A DNA stretch of 58,066 nucleotides from Halocafeteria seosinensis (Eukaryota): positions 62,001-120,066 of the forward strand of contig LVLI01000117.1 in assembly GCA_001687465.1 (NCBI GenBank). Reading direction: 5' to 3'. Positions 48,146 to 58,066 of this stretch are shown in pieces (the stretch's first letter is position 1; every line of letters begins with the position of its first letter). The notes below the pieces were generated by a model. It was not told the origin of the DNA. It was given only the letters and a program-made list of their open reading frames with translations, and ran no database searches. The translations under genes were made by a program, and so were the position numbers.

Positions 48146-49375
48146 ATGATGAAAATGATACCGTCGAAACTAGCTCCAAGTACCGCCAGGAAGCCACTTC
48201 TGACGTCATGGAATCGTGGCTGCTTCCACGCCACAGCCCGAGTTATGGCTTCCTCAGTGCCTTCTCCGGGGGAATTCTACTCGCCGATGGACTTGATACA
48301 ACCGGACAAGGATGCTGATAGCTTTGAGCGTATCTGCTATGCCCGACATGCGTGCAAACAATTCGACGCAAGTAAACCTGTGGACCAGACAACCCTCCAG
48401 AGAATCCTGGATTTGACGCAGGTAAGCAAAGAGACGGTATCCTGTCCAGCATCGAGATCAAAGGTGTGGTACGTTAGTGTCACTTAATGGTTGCGTTTTG
48501 CAGAGGTCTCCCTCGGGATTCAACCTCCAGCCGTACCAAATTATTGTTGTCCGAGACACAGCTGTCAAAGAGCTCCTGGCAGATGCCGCATTGGGAGGAA
48601 ATGGAGATAAAATACGGGAAGCACCCGTCGTGACAGTGTTTGCAGCTGATCTAGGTAAGCATCGGTACAAAAATGCTGCTTCCGGGGCAAGCACGAGAGA
48701 GAACAACGTGTATGTTTGTGTCCATTTGTATGCCACGCAGAAGCCACAAGACGTATAGAATCTGTTGTCGAAACAGAGAAGGCGGCGGGAACTCGGTCGC
48801 CGCGATACTTAAATTCGCTGCCCTTTGATGCGTCCATTTTCGCTCCGGGCGCAGCCTCCGCTTTATGGAGACGATACAACTCTAGCAACTGTGGAGAACA
48901 GCAGCGAAGGGGAAAAGAAAGTGACACAGGTAACGAGGTGCCTAACCCAGACAAAAATAGAGAATACTATGAAAAGATGGGGAACCGCGTTGGTTCACTG
49001 GCGAACGCCGGAAGAGAAGTTCTCTCCGAAACGCTGTCGAACGCCGTGACGGGCGCAAAAAGTTTAACTCTGGCAACAGTCTCCGCCATCTCCGGACGAT
49101 CAGTACCCACAGTAAATAGTCCCGAAGGATGGTCCTTCAAGCACTCAATGATTGCCGCAAGTACGTACTTGTACGCGGCCACAGCCCATGGACTAGCAAC
49201 TGCTCCCATGGAAGGCATAGACAGCCGGAAAATGAAGATAGCACTTGAGATTCCGAACCGATTCGAAATCCCGGTAGTCATCCCTACTGGCCATTCGCTG
49301 CAGGAGAGTCATCAACTTACCCCTCGACTGGAGCGAAGCGAAGTGGTCTCGTTCGACAAGTACAGCCATCAATAA
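48146..49375 (+). CDS. Nitroreductase-family flavoprotein with mitochondrial presequence-like N-terminus (introns 48422-48503, 48655-48740)
   Basis: RHACKQFD, RSPSGFNLQPY and AATAHGLATAPMEGID are FMN-nitroreductase motifs; basic, acid-free N-terminus. Confidence 0.85.
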
Positions 49376-52300
49376 CTATTCGGCAGCATAGGAAAAACGA
49401 GGGAAGTTCCACCGCCCACTACCCTTCTCTTGTTCAGCTTGCTGTTCGGCAAATTCATCGAAGAATCCCAGAAAGTCCTCTTCAGTGATTCCGAGCTGTT
49501 CTGTCGCTACGCTTGAGGCCACGCTGTCACGCGCTTCTTGACGCGTAAACGTGTCTTCAAAATTCGCGATGTCATTCTCTCCGCGCATGTTAGGACGGAA
49601 AGATGGTTTATATTTCTTATCGTATACATTGGCCCAATCGACGTTCTTAAAGAATGCATGCTTCTTTATACGCTCAACGCCTCCAGCGTCTGATGAGCCT
49701 AACCGTTTGCTAGGCTCCCTTGCCAGCAGACCTTCTAGTAGGGATTTCGCGTTCTTGGATAACAGATGCAGTGTTTTTGGTTGAATTGAAGGGTTCACCA
49801 TATTCCGAAGAGTATCTAGATGAGACGATCCTCGGAAAGGATGCTTTCCCGTAAGCATTTCGGACATCATTATTCCCAGCGACCACCAATCAACGGCAGA
49901 GGAATGGCCGTGCTGAAGTAGCACCTCAGGCGCCATGTACTGCTCTGTCCCGCAGAAGCTGTGCGTCCTCTCATCAGCTGCTTTAGACTGTTCATTCAAT
50001 GAAGTGACTTCTGGTCGTTTGTTTTCTTTTCCAACACGGGACAGTCCGAAGTCGGTTAGCTTCACGTGGCCTTCTCCATCCAATAAGACATTCTCCGGTT
50101 TGAGATCACGATAGACCACGCCGTTTTTATGCAGGTGCTCAAGAGCAAGTACAAGCTCAGCCATGTAAAGCTTACACCGTTCCTCCTCAATTGTACCATA
50201 ACGCGAAAGCAGAGTAAAGAAATCTCCACCACCTACAAACTCTAGCACTAAATACAGTTTAGTAGGCGTTTGAAACGTGTACCGGAGGTCGACGATGAAT
50301 GGATGCTTCACAATGGCTAAGATATCCCTCTCAAGCAACGTTCTGAACACCTGCTTCCGACGAATTACCTCCTTCTTCTTCAATGCTTTCATTGCATAGG
50401 TACGGCCGCTATGTACGTGACGAACTTGTAACACTTTTCCGTAACCGCCACGACCCAAAACAGCGAGAATTTGGAAATCATCTAAAGTCAGTCGCTTATC
50501 GCCAGAGGAAGCGCGGATATTATCGGCATCGATCTCTTCGTTCCTTTCAGAATCTGCGATTCCGCCCACCTTCACGTCTTCCTCTGCCGCTTCCGGAGAA
50601 GATTCGTGTTCATCTTGTTCTTCTCTGCCCTCGAACTCTCTAACGGACATATTACGCCTGATGTAGCCTTGCCCAGGTACTGAAGAAGGCGATCCCATCT
50701 CATTATCCGAAGCTGCTGGGGAATCGGCAAGACCCTGTTGTCGCCGTTTCTTTACCGCTATTATATCATCCACAAGTTTCAAGAAGGACTCCATAGGTGC
50801 GATTGTTTGTCCATCTACGATTGCGTTTCCCAACCACATTGGCGTTTGCCCATTTAAGGACATCTGAGACAGTAGCGACACACGCGTAGCCACTACCGGA
50901 GACTCAGGATAACTTTTGGGGTTATCCCCGTTTAACTCGGCTGCGGTGATGGGCGTCAGCAACGATCCTGCCACGAATACACAGGCGCGTACATGGTTCT
51001 TCCTTGGAGGAATTAACCTGTGTTGAACAGATACCTCCCAAACTCCTATGCTGCCATCCTCATACCGTGTGCAATCTTGGAACACGGTTGTATCCCTCCA
51101 GGAAGAGAACGCCGACACGGGTTTCATCTTCCGATAGAGAATTCTGGGAGGCGGGAGTATGACATCATCGTTTACATGTGCAGCCGCTTCGTTCATACAG
51201 GTAACGCAGCTCTTTTCACCAGGATTTTCGTCGAGGGTAGCAGATTGAGAGGTCACCGCTTCAGTATCTGAAGTACTATTTCGGCCACCCTCGCTGGAAG
51301 TATATTCGCTAGTCGGATTACCGTACTCTGGTGCATTGACTAATTTACCAAACCATTTATTCAGATGCGGATGCTTATGAACGAACTTGGCAAACTTCTC
51401 ATGAAGTAGTTCCTCCTCTTTGTAGCGAATACTCGACCCCTCTAAAGGTGAAGGAAATTGGTCTTCTCCACTATTTCGCTCTCCAACACTCCTACGATCC
51501 CCTGTCCGGCTGGGCGAGGCGTCAAGTGGGCCATCAAAGACGTTGCTTTCTTCTCGAGTACGGGGTGCAGGCGACGGGAGGTCTTCATCATCGGTTCTCA
51601 GCCATTCGTATGTTTCAATCACTTTCCCCTTGGCACAAGAGGGATCCCATAGGGCTCTACAGCCTAAGTTCTCATCAACAAAATGGGATTCCTCTCCATG
51701 GGACTCAATGTAGTCCTTACTGGAGGCACTTCCACAGAGAAATGGGGCCAGGATATAAGGGGGAACCTGGACGGTTGCCGACGTCAAGTAAGCTGGATAC
51801 ATTGTAAGCTCTGACTCGTTTTTCAATCGATATACTTTCATTCGATCACCAGAACGCCTCTTCGATAACAACCACTTTGAACTCTCCGACGCTAAGTTCT
51901 TGAAGCGATCCCTTAGTTTCAGCAGCTCTTGGCGGATCTCATACGCGAGTTGCTCGCTCGGAGGCTTTTGCCTCACACACGCATTCAGCGATCCGGATAA
52001 TAAAGCGAATTTAATATGAATTATTTCGGCAGATTCCACTCTCATGAGCAGAGAATTATGAATAATGTGGGGCTGGAATCTCCAAGTCAATTTATATTGC
52101 CCCAAACTGCGCCCATTAGTTGCTCCGAGCTTCGGCACTGTCCAGAACTGTTTCGCGTGCTTGTCATTGTCCGCAACGAATCTGCAAAATGCAGGTTTAT
52201 CACAAAATGTCGCCGCGCTCCCACCGATAACTCTCAAGAGATTCTGCTTCTCGAGGGCAGAACCCAGTTCAACGGCTCCTTCGCGGGTGGTAGCATATCC

Positions 52301-52569
52301 TTGTTCCACAATCCAAGTGACGGCATCTTCCGCCAGGAAGACGGTCCGGTGGAGCCTCAGTCGATAGAACCTGAAGACGATAGAACAGACGGTACTTCAG
52401 TCAAGCAGATAGGACAACAATTACAAACCAAGGAACAGTACCTGTCTCGTATATCTACTCCAACACGCATAACTCTTGCAATACGCCGGCATTCCTCGGG
52501 AGTAAAATTGCCTTTGTTGCTGGGGGTAATGGGAGCCGTATTGCATGTTTTTGGCTGATGTGACGTCAT
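49376..52569 (-). CDS. AGC-family Ser/Thr kinase (S6K/SGK/RSK-like) with N-terminal DEP and START-like domains (intron 52441-52371)
   Basis: DEP: VDIRDRFYRLRLHRTVFLAEDAVTWIV..TREGAVELGSAL. START-like: RALWDP, SWRDTTVF, SVQHRLIPPRKNHVRA. Kinase: GRGGYGKV, YRDLKPEN, DFG, SFCGTEQYMAPE. Hydrophobic motif FPRFSY. Confidence 0.85.
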
Positions 52570-53182
52570 TTTCCTCACGGTTTTCCGGCGCACACACACT
52601 CAAAGGAAATATAGAGGGACACAATTGGTCAACAAACAAGTGTGTGGCGAGTAACACGCAAATAAGGGAGAAAACCCAGCTCCGGCGTCTCTTTTTCCCC
52701 TCTTCTTGAAGCTCCTTGGGGAGGACTGTTTCAACGCAACCGCAGCACACTACAGACTCAATTCCCTCTGGAGAATGAACCCAAAAACGAATTGAGTCAG
52801 ATCAGTGAGTCCAATGCACAAACTTCACGGACGCAGAATACTAGCAAGCTACATCATCATGCGCCCGAGACTCTGGCCCGGAGTCTCTGGCTCGCCTTTT
52901 CCGCACCAAACCGCCCGCAACTTTGCCCACCGGCGGCACCGCAAGTTGTCGCCTTTTCCGCTCAAAACCGACAGGTGCTACTTGCAAGCCACGTCAATAC
53001 CTCCACGTTGTGACACCCGAGCGCTGTGATTGGGATTGTTTCTACAATTTCAGCTGTGACAGGTTTCCTTCATCTCTTTGGATATCCATCTTGGACCTAC
53101 CGCAGTCCAGTTTTCCAAGAATCCAGAATATAAAAGATCTGGAAAAATCCTTGTTGCTGTGTTCCTACCGAGAACAGGCAAA

Positions 53183-54227
53183 ATGAGTGTCAAAAAAGCC
53201 ATGTATGGTGAGTACATGATTCCTAAGATAGTACAAAGATATTGGCTATTATCGACCGTTTTCATTCATCATTGAATGAACGTTGCTTCGCGGACGCAGT
53301 ACTATTAGTGTGCACGACCGTAGCACTGGCTTGCCATGTAGGGGCTCTAGTGAACAAGCGATGGATCGTCACTGGACATGTGTATTCTACTGAGGATGAT
53401 TACTATGGCCCAAGTGATGACGTAACTTACGATATTGGTTTGTGGAAGTTATGCAAAGATTTCCCTGGCAAGAGCGAGAGCAGGTGCGAGGACAGTAAGT
53501 TTTCAGCTATCGAGGCTGTACTATACTTGTATTATTCCCTTAAGTATCTTATTCACCAGCTTTTAAGGAATTGCGACCTCATCTTCGGATATACCTTATT
53601 GCAATCCGAGGCTTGGAAATTGTAGCCCTCATGCTTTCCGTGGTTGGCTTGTTTCTTATCCGCAAAGCAATCAAAATCCCCGAAGTGGGAATTTGGAGAT
53701 TGCTGACGTGTATTTGCACTTTTCTGCATTGTAAGTTGACTGAGTTATACAGTATTTGCTCCACAGGTAAAGAGAGAGAGAAAGTTCCCACCATATACAT
53801 TGCAGTGTTGATGAATGCGACTCTATTGGGGATCTTCGGTATGCTTTATGGGTATGTTCCTCCAACGCTACATCTACAGGCGGGTAAGTAGATAAAGCGC
53901 AGTTTAGACGTTTGCTATACAAGATACGTGCCACACTGTCTATATTCCGCAGGGTACGGTATCCTGGCTCCTGTTTTGGGTACCACACTTATCGCCATCG
54001 CATTCTTGGTCTCCGTATTTACATTCGGCCCTGGTTTGAATGAATGCATCAGATTAGCAGATGAGATGCACCAACACAGTGGGAATACTGAAAGTTCTCT
54101 TAATTTTCACGACATCGAAAAAGGGAATCCAACTCCGTCCTATTCACCCGCTGGATACCACGGTACAGCATACGCCCCGCAAGGCTCGGCATCATACCTT
54201 CAGTATCAGCCCCCCAGGGAATACTAA
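53183..54227 (+). CDS. Claudin/PMP22/EMP-like tetraspan membrane protein (multi-exon; first intron 53208-53299)
   Basis: TM1 followed by W...GLWKLC...C signature, further hydrophobic helices, YGILAPVLG in the last TM and a Pro/Tyr-rich tail. Confidence 0.6.
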
Positions 54228-54469
54228 TCAATTCACCAGTAGCTCAATTGCCACCTCGTACGCATCATACAAGTTCTTTCTCACAATTTGGTATAAAGTT
54301 CAGTCAACAATGAGATTTAACGAATGTAAGTCTCATTGACTACCTGCTCGGTTTTTATGCCACCCAAAACCCTCTATACAAAAGTAGAGCTTATGTAGGC
54401 ACCGGGTAATATCCTTTCATTTGTTTCACCGGAAATTCTCGTCCCTTAGTGCTGGGGAACTAACAAGAC

Positions 54470-54810
54470 AGTAGTCAATGGAGTAGATTCCTATATAACA
54501 CCAGATGGAAACCTCACCCTGCCTCACCCGACCGCATTACCCGACGATATACCCCCTACAACGTCACCTATCTGTTTCACCAAAATACCGCTATACGACC
54601 GCATATTCCGACGAAATAGGCAGACGAACTACGCAAAGTGATTCCCCACCTCAACCGAACCCGACCGCATAACCCGACGATATACCCACTAGAGAACCTC
54701 ACCCGAATTCCACAAATTGACCCCTACACGACCGTGTCTCACGGGGGTTCGACAAACGAAATAGCCATGCCTACGTGTCAAGCGACGGCGTCAAGTTGAC
54801 TTGTGAAGTG
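54470..54810 (+). repeat. Left terminal inverted repeat (341 bp)
   Basis: Hand alignment to the reverse complement of 56628-56973 shows 3 substitutions and one 5-bp indel. Confidence 0.95.
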
Positions 54811-55351
54811 ACGACGACTGTCTTCAAGGCATAACTTCAACCTTGTTCGGATTAGTTGAGTTCGTCTGGATTGAAAGGACGAGTCACTGCTTGTCGGCTT
54901 TGGCATGGTTTTCTGAAAATTTTCAGTGATTGTACTGGAAGAAAGACAACAGAGTGTTTATAAGTGAATGTTTCTGATTCAGATGTTGTGGTTTTCTATT
55001 TTTGTTTGGATTGGAAAAGGTGTGTATAGACCGGAGAACATGTCCTGATAGAGGTGTTTTTGTTTCCCTTCACCGTCCCCTGAATGCCAACCTGTTGTCC
55101 GGCTAAGTTCTTTTCTTTGGCAATTGTCCCCGTCCTATTTGCGAAGCCCGTGATAAGATCCAAAGGAATCATGATAATCACTGAAGCACAGTGATTATAT
55201 TTTGGCATAGCATAACGGAAAAGATTGATTTATTTGGGTGCATAGGGGTCGTCTTGTGAACTGAAGGATCTTTCTGAGCCAGTCGTGAACCTTGCCCCGA
55301 GTTTGCTCTAATTATGAACAGGGTTGGTTATGTATTGAATTATCATAAGAA

Positions 55352-55573
55352 TCACTGAAGCGAAGGGAATGCGTAAATGGGTGAAATAAGGGGAAGTGAT
55401 CCATTTGAGTGTTTATAGAGGGTGGTCTTGTGAACTGGTTGTTCAGTCACATGCCATTTCATTTGTCTTTTCGTCTTAATATTCCGAACATTCCCATGAT
55501 CGGATACTTCATAGTTGCTATAATCGGGAATTGACCGCCATGTCTCAACATATTGTGTTTGTGGTGGTTGCAT
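55352..55573 (-). pseudogene. NUMOD4-motif ORF, probably a truncated NUMOD4-HNH endonuclease
   Basis: ETWRSIPDYSNYEVSDHGNVRN matches the NUMOD4 pattern (E.W+.I.....Y.VSn.G.VR); no HNH domain follows. Confidence 0.7.
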
Positions 55574-55582
55574 GATTGGTGA

Positions 55583-55978
55583 CTACTCGGTTTGATCATT
55601 TTTTCTTTTGTTAGAAATTGGTTTCTCCTTGGATTCCTTGGCGTTAAAACTCTTGATTAGTTTGTTATAGCGTTTCTGTGCTCGGTCATTGACGTCCAAA
55701 TCAAACGACAGGCTGTTGGCAACTTCCTCTGCTTTAGAGGCAATGGTATGACCGGTGTCAGACAGGTATTCGGCAATTGTTCTTTTTTCCAACTCGACAA
55801 TGGCAACGTCTAATCGTTGAATACACTCCTCCGCAAAGTCGTTGTGGTTCTCGTTGGTATAGAGATCGTTGATGATATCCACCAACTGTTCGGCGTTGCT
55901 ATGTTCCGCAATATCACAGAAATCTCTGTGAGACACTTTGAGATATTCCGACACCTCTTGTCCCTTTTTCTTCGGCAT
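55583..55978 (-). CDS. Element-borne hypothetical protein, 131 aa, helical/acidic with basic NLS-like ends
   Basis: ATG-initiated, intronless ORF inside the TIRs; MPKKK start and KRK near the end. Confidence 0.65.
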   Translation of the reverse strand: MPKKKGQEVSEYLKVSHRDFCDIAEHSNAEQLVDIINDLYTNENHNDFAEECIQRLDVAIVELEKRTIAEYLSDTGHTIASKAEEVANSLSFDLDVNDRAQKRYNKLIKSFNAKESKEKPISNKRKNDQTE

Positions 55979-56034
55979 ATACCATGTTCACGGTTTTACC
56001 TTTAAGCGGATTCAAAGTCAAAAAATGAAAATGA

Positions 56035-56547
56035 TTAACAATCCAACAAACTGTCAAACCCTTTCATGAATATTTGCTTCATAAGATATGATACCTTCCA
56101 AACAATTGTCTTTTTCCTGTATTGATCATGAATATCACATAAATTTATTCTTGACTGACAAAAGTCTTCTAATTCATCATCTGCCATTGTCTCGACTTCG
56201 TAATGCTCATAATACAAAGCCCAATCATCATCCGTAAATTTGATATCAACCAATCCTTTTTTGCTCTCTTTGCCCAATTGAATATCACTTATGACTGGGG
56301 GATCACATCCTTTGTAAATCTTGATTGATTTTATTCTAAACCGATTGCGATATAACCAAGACTGTTTTGGTGTTGGTATTTTTACATCAACATCCTCTTC
56401 TTCATTATCTGAATCCATTGTATTGCGAACCATTTCACGGCATTCATCTTTTAACCGTTCGTTCAACGCAAATTCTAGATTCTTGAACAGAATAATTTCA
56501 CGTTGTTGGTTTGTCAATTGAGTAATATCCTTGTTTTCAAACGGCAT
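56035..56547 (-). CDS. Element-borne hypothetical protein, 170 aa
   Basis: ATG-initiated, intronless ORF in AT-rich DNA, starting 80 bp inside the right TIR; no domain recognised. Confidence 0.7.
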   Translation of the reverse strand: MPFENKDITQLTNQQREIILFKNLEFALNERLKDECREMVRNTMDSDNEEEDVDVKIPTPKQSWLYRNRFRIKSIKIYKGCDPPVISDIQLGKESKKGLVDIKFTDDDWALYYEHYEVETMADDELEDFCQSRINLCDIHDQYRKKTIVWKVSYLMKQIFMKGFDSLLDC

Positions 56548-56627
56548 CGTTATGGTTATACTTCATAACGGTTCAATCATTTTTCTGGACTGGGCAATTT
56601 GAACTCGCCCAAGTCAACTTGACACAC

Positions 56628-56973
56628 CACTTCACAAGTCAACTTGACACCGTCGCTTGACACGTAGGCATGGCTATTTCGTTTGTCGAACCCCCGTGAG
56701 ACACGGTCGTGTAGGGGTCAATTTGTGGAATTCGGGTGAGGTTCTCTAGTGGGTATATCGTCGGGTTATGCGGTCGGGTTCGGTTGAGGTGGGGAATCAC
56801 TTTGCGTAGTTCGTCTGCCTATTTCGTCGGAATACGGTATGCGGTCGTATAGCGGTATTTTGGTGAAACAGATAGGTGACGTTGTAGGGGGTATATCGTC
56901 GGGTTATGCGGTCGGGTGAGGCAGGGTGAGGTTTCCATCTGGTGTTATGTAGGAATCTACTCCATTGACTACT
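56628..56973 (-). repeat. Right terminal inverted repeat (346 bp)
   Basis: Reverse complement of 54470-54810. Confidence 0.95.
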
Positions 56974-58066
56974 CAAGACACTCTCAGTTGGCCCACTGAG
57001 TTGGGTAGCAAAAGCTGGAAACCACACAGCCCCTAGTTGAGGAACGGGGGACGAGCCAATGGTAATTGGTTTGACATTAAAACAATTTGGTAGAAAACTC
57101 AAATTATCGGTAGATTTTTAAGGGAGGAGAATACCAAGCACGCCGTGACAGTGTTTCAACTGCATACCGCCTGTCCTGGTAAAACCAACTCTTCAGGCAA
57201 CTGCTGCAAATGAGGAAATGACTACAAGTGTAAGCAAGTGCAAACTGGTTCATGTGTCATGATCATTTTCCTGCCTGTTCAACATTTCATGGAGTCTATA
57301 TACAGTATTTACAGGGGTGCACCCAACACAGCAGGTTCCTTGGAAGTTCCAAGTTGGAACCAAGCCGTTGTGCCGCAGCCTGTGCGGGGAATGTATTTTT
57401 TGTATTCACAGTACCGGTATTGCGAAAGTCTGAAACCACTACTGCTACTACTGAAACCTGTGAAACGTTTCAAAATCTTGAGAATGTAATGTAAGGATTT
57501 ACATTCACGCATGCCAAGTACATGGTAACACTGCGCCTACGCCTAGATCTTTCCCATGAAACGTGTTTACGGGGTCATCCGGAGAATGGTGTGGAGACGG
57601 ACCGATCAATGAACTGGTACACCACGCGGCGAAGAAGGTAACGCCGCTCAAAGGATACGCAGCTAATACTGCGAAATTTGAGAACTACAGTACATACACG
57701 TGGATCAGATGCCGGGTGCACGGAGATTATGCGGAACTTTCGGAAAGTGATGATGGCCTACAGTATATGTCACGACGACGATGATATATGTATGACGCTG
57801 ATGCACCACAACGTGGGGATTCCGGGTTTATCACTCGGGCACGTCACTGCGTCACTGACCTCACACACACACAAATGTGACAGATAGCCCACCGGCCGGG
57901 AAGATGACCGCATCCTCAACGAGGAGCGGTATGCGCCCGTGTTAAGCAGCGACGGGCCCGCTGTTCCTGCAGCCTTGCTGACATGCGCCGTGAGGGAACA
58001 CAGCACTGGTTAAGCTCAGGAGGCATCGGGGGAGGAGCCATGCCTGCGCCCACAATGTCAGAGGTA

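Larger units (their letters stand above)
54470..56973. mobile_element. Non-autonomous Polinton/Maverick-like element (2504 bp) with long TIRs and 6-bp TSD
   Basis: Starts AGTAGTCAATGGAGTAGATTCC at 54470 and ends GGAATCTACTCCATTGACTACT at 56973; flanked by CAAGAC at 54464-54469 and 56974-56979; the interior is visibly AT-richer than host genes. Confidence 0.9.

Noticed and set aside
54996..55208. 70-aa ORF (MPKYNHC...) inside the element
   Set aside because: Short, starts within the degenerate repeat and has no motif; not supportable as a gene, though not excluded.
54470..56973. Alternative readings as an LTR element, MITE, Mutator/Pack-MULE or CRISPR array
   Set aside because: The repeats are inverted, not direct. 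The TSD is 6 bp with AG..CT ends, whereas MULEs typically have 9-11 bp TSDs. The interior carries ORFs. There is no repeat-spacer periodicity.
56797..57102. 101-aa minus-strand ORF crossing the right element boundary
   Set aside because: It is a chimera of flank and TIR sequence with a non-ATG start.
1..58066. Alternative genetic code, tRNA or rRNA genes
   Set aside because: TAA, TAG and TGA all end conserved genes at the expected positions; no tRNA or rRNA signatures were recognised by eye.

Overview
Gene-dense eukaryotic nuclear DNA (standard code, short GT-AG introns mostly ~65-110 bp) from a flagellated protist; a stramenopile-like organism is my inference and is not proven. From left to right: a partial alpha-SNAP-like gene, an intronless 4918-aa axonemal dynein heavy chain (DNAH10/I1-alpha type), an MFSD13A/TMEM180 transporter, RPA12, a signal-peptide SET-domain protein, AATF/BFR2, TIM22, several hypothetical proteins, RPS15, a WW-WW-PH protein, a CKAP2-like protein, PP5, a lysosomal-type acid phosphatase, a BTB/BACK protein, a nitroreductase, a DEP-START-AGC kinase and a claudin/PMP22-like protein. 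The standout is a 2504-bp inserted element at 54470-56973. It has ~341/346-bp nearly identical terminal inverted repeats, 5'-AGTAGT...ACTACT-3' termini and a perfect 6-bp target-site duplication (CAAGAC), which are Polinton/Maverick hallmarks. It lacks polymerase, integrase and capsid genes and instead carries AT-rich, intronless orphan ORFs and a truncated NUMOD4 ORF. It looks like a non-autonomous mini-Polinton or satellite with cargo.
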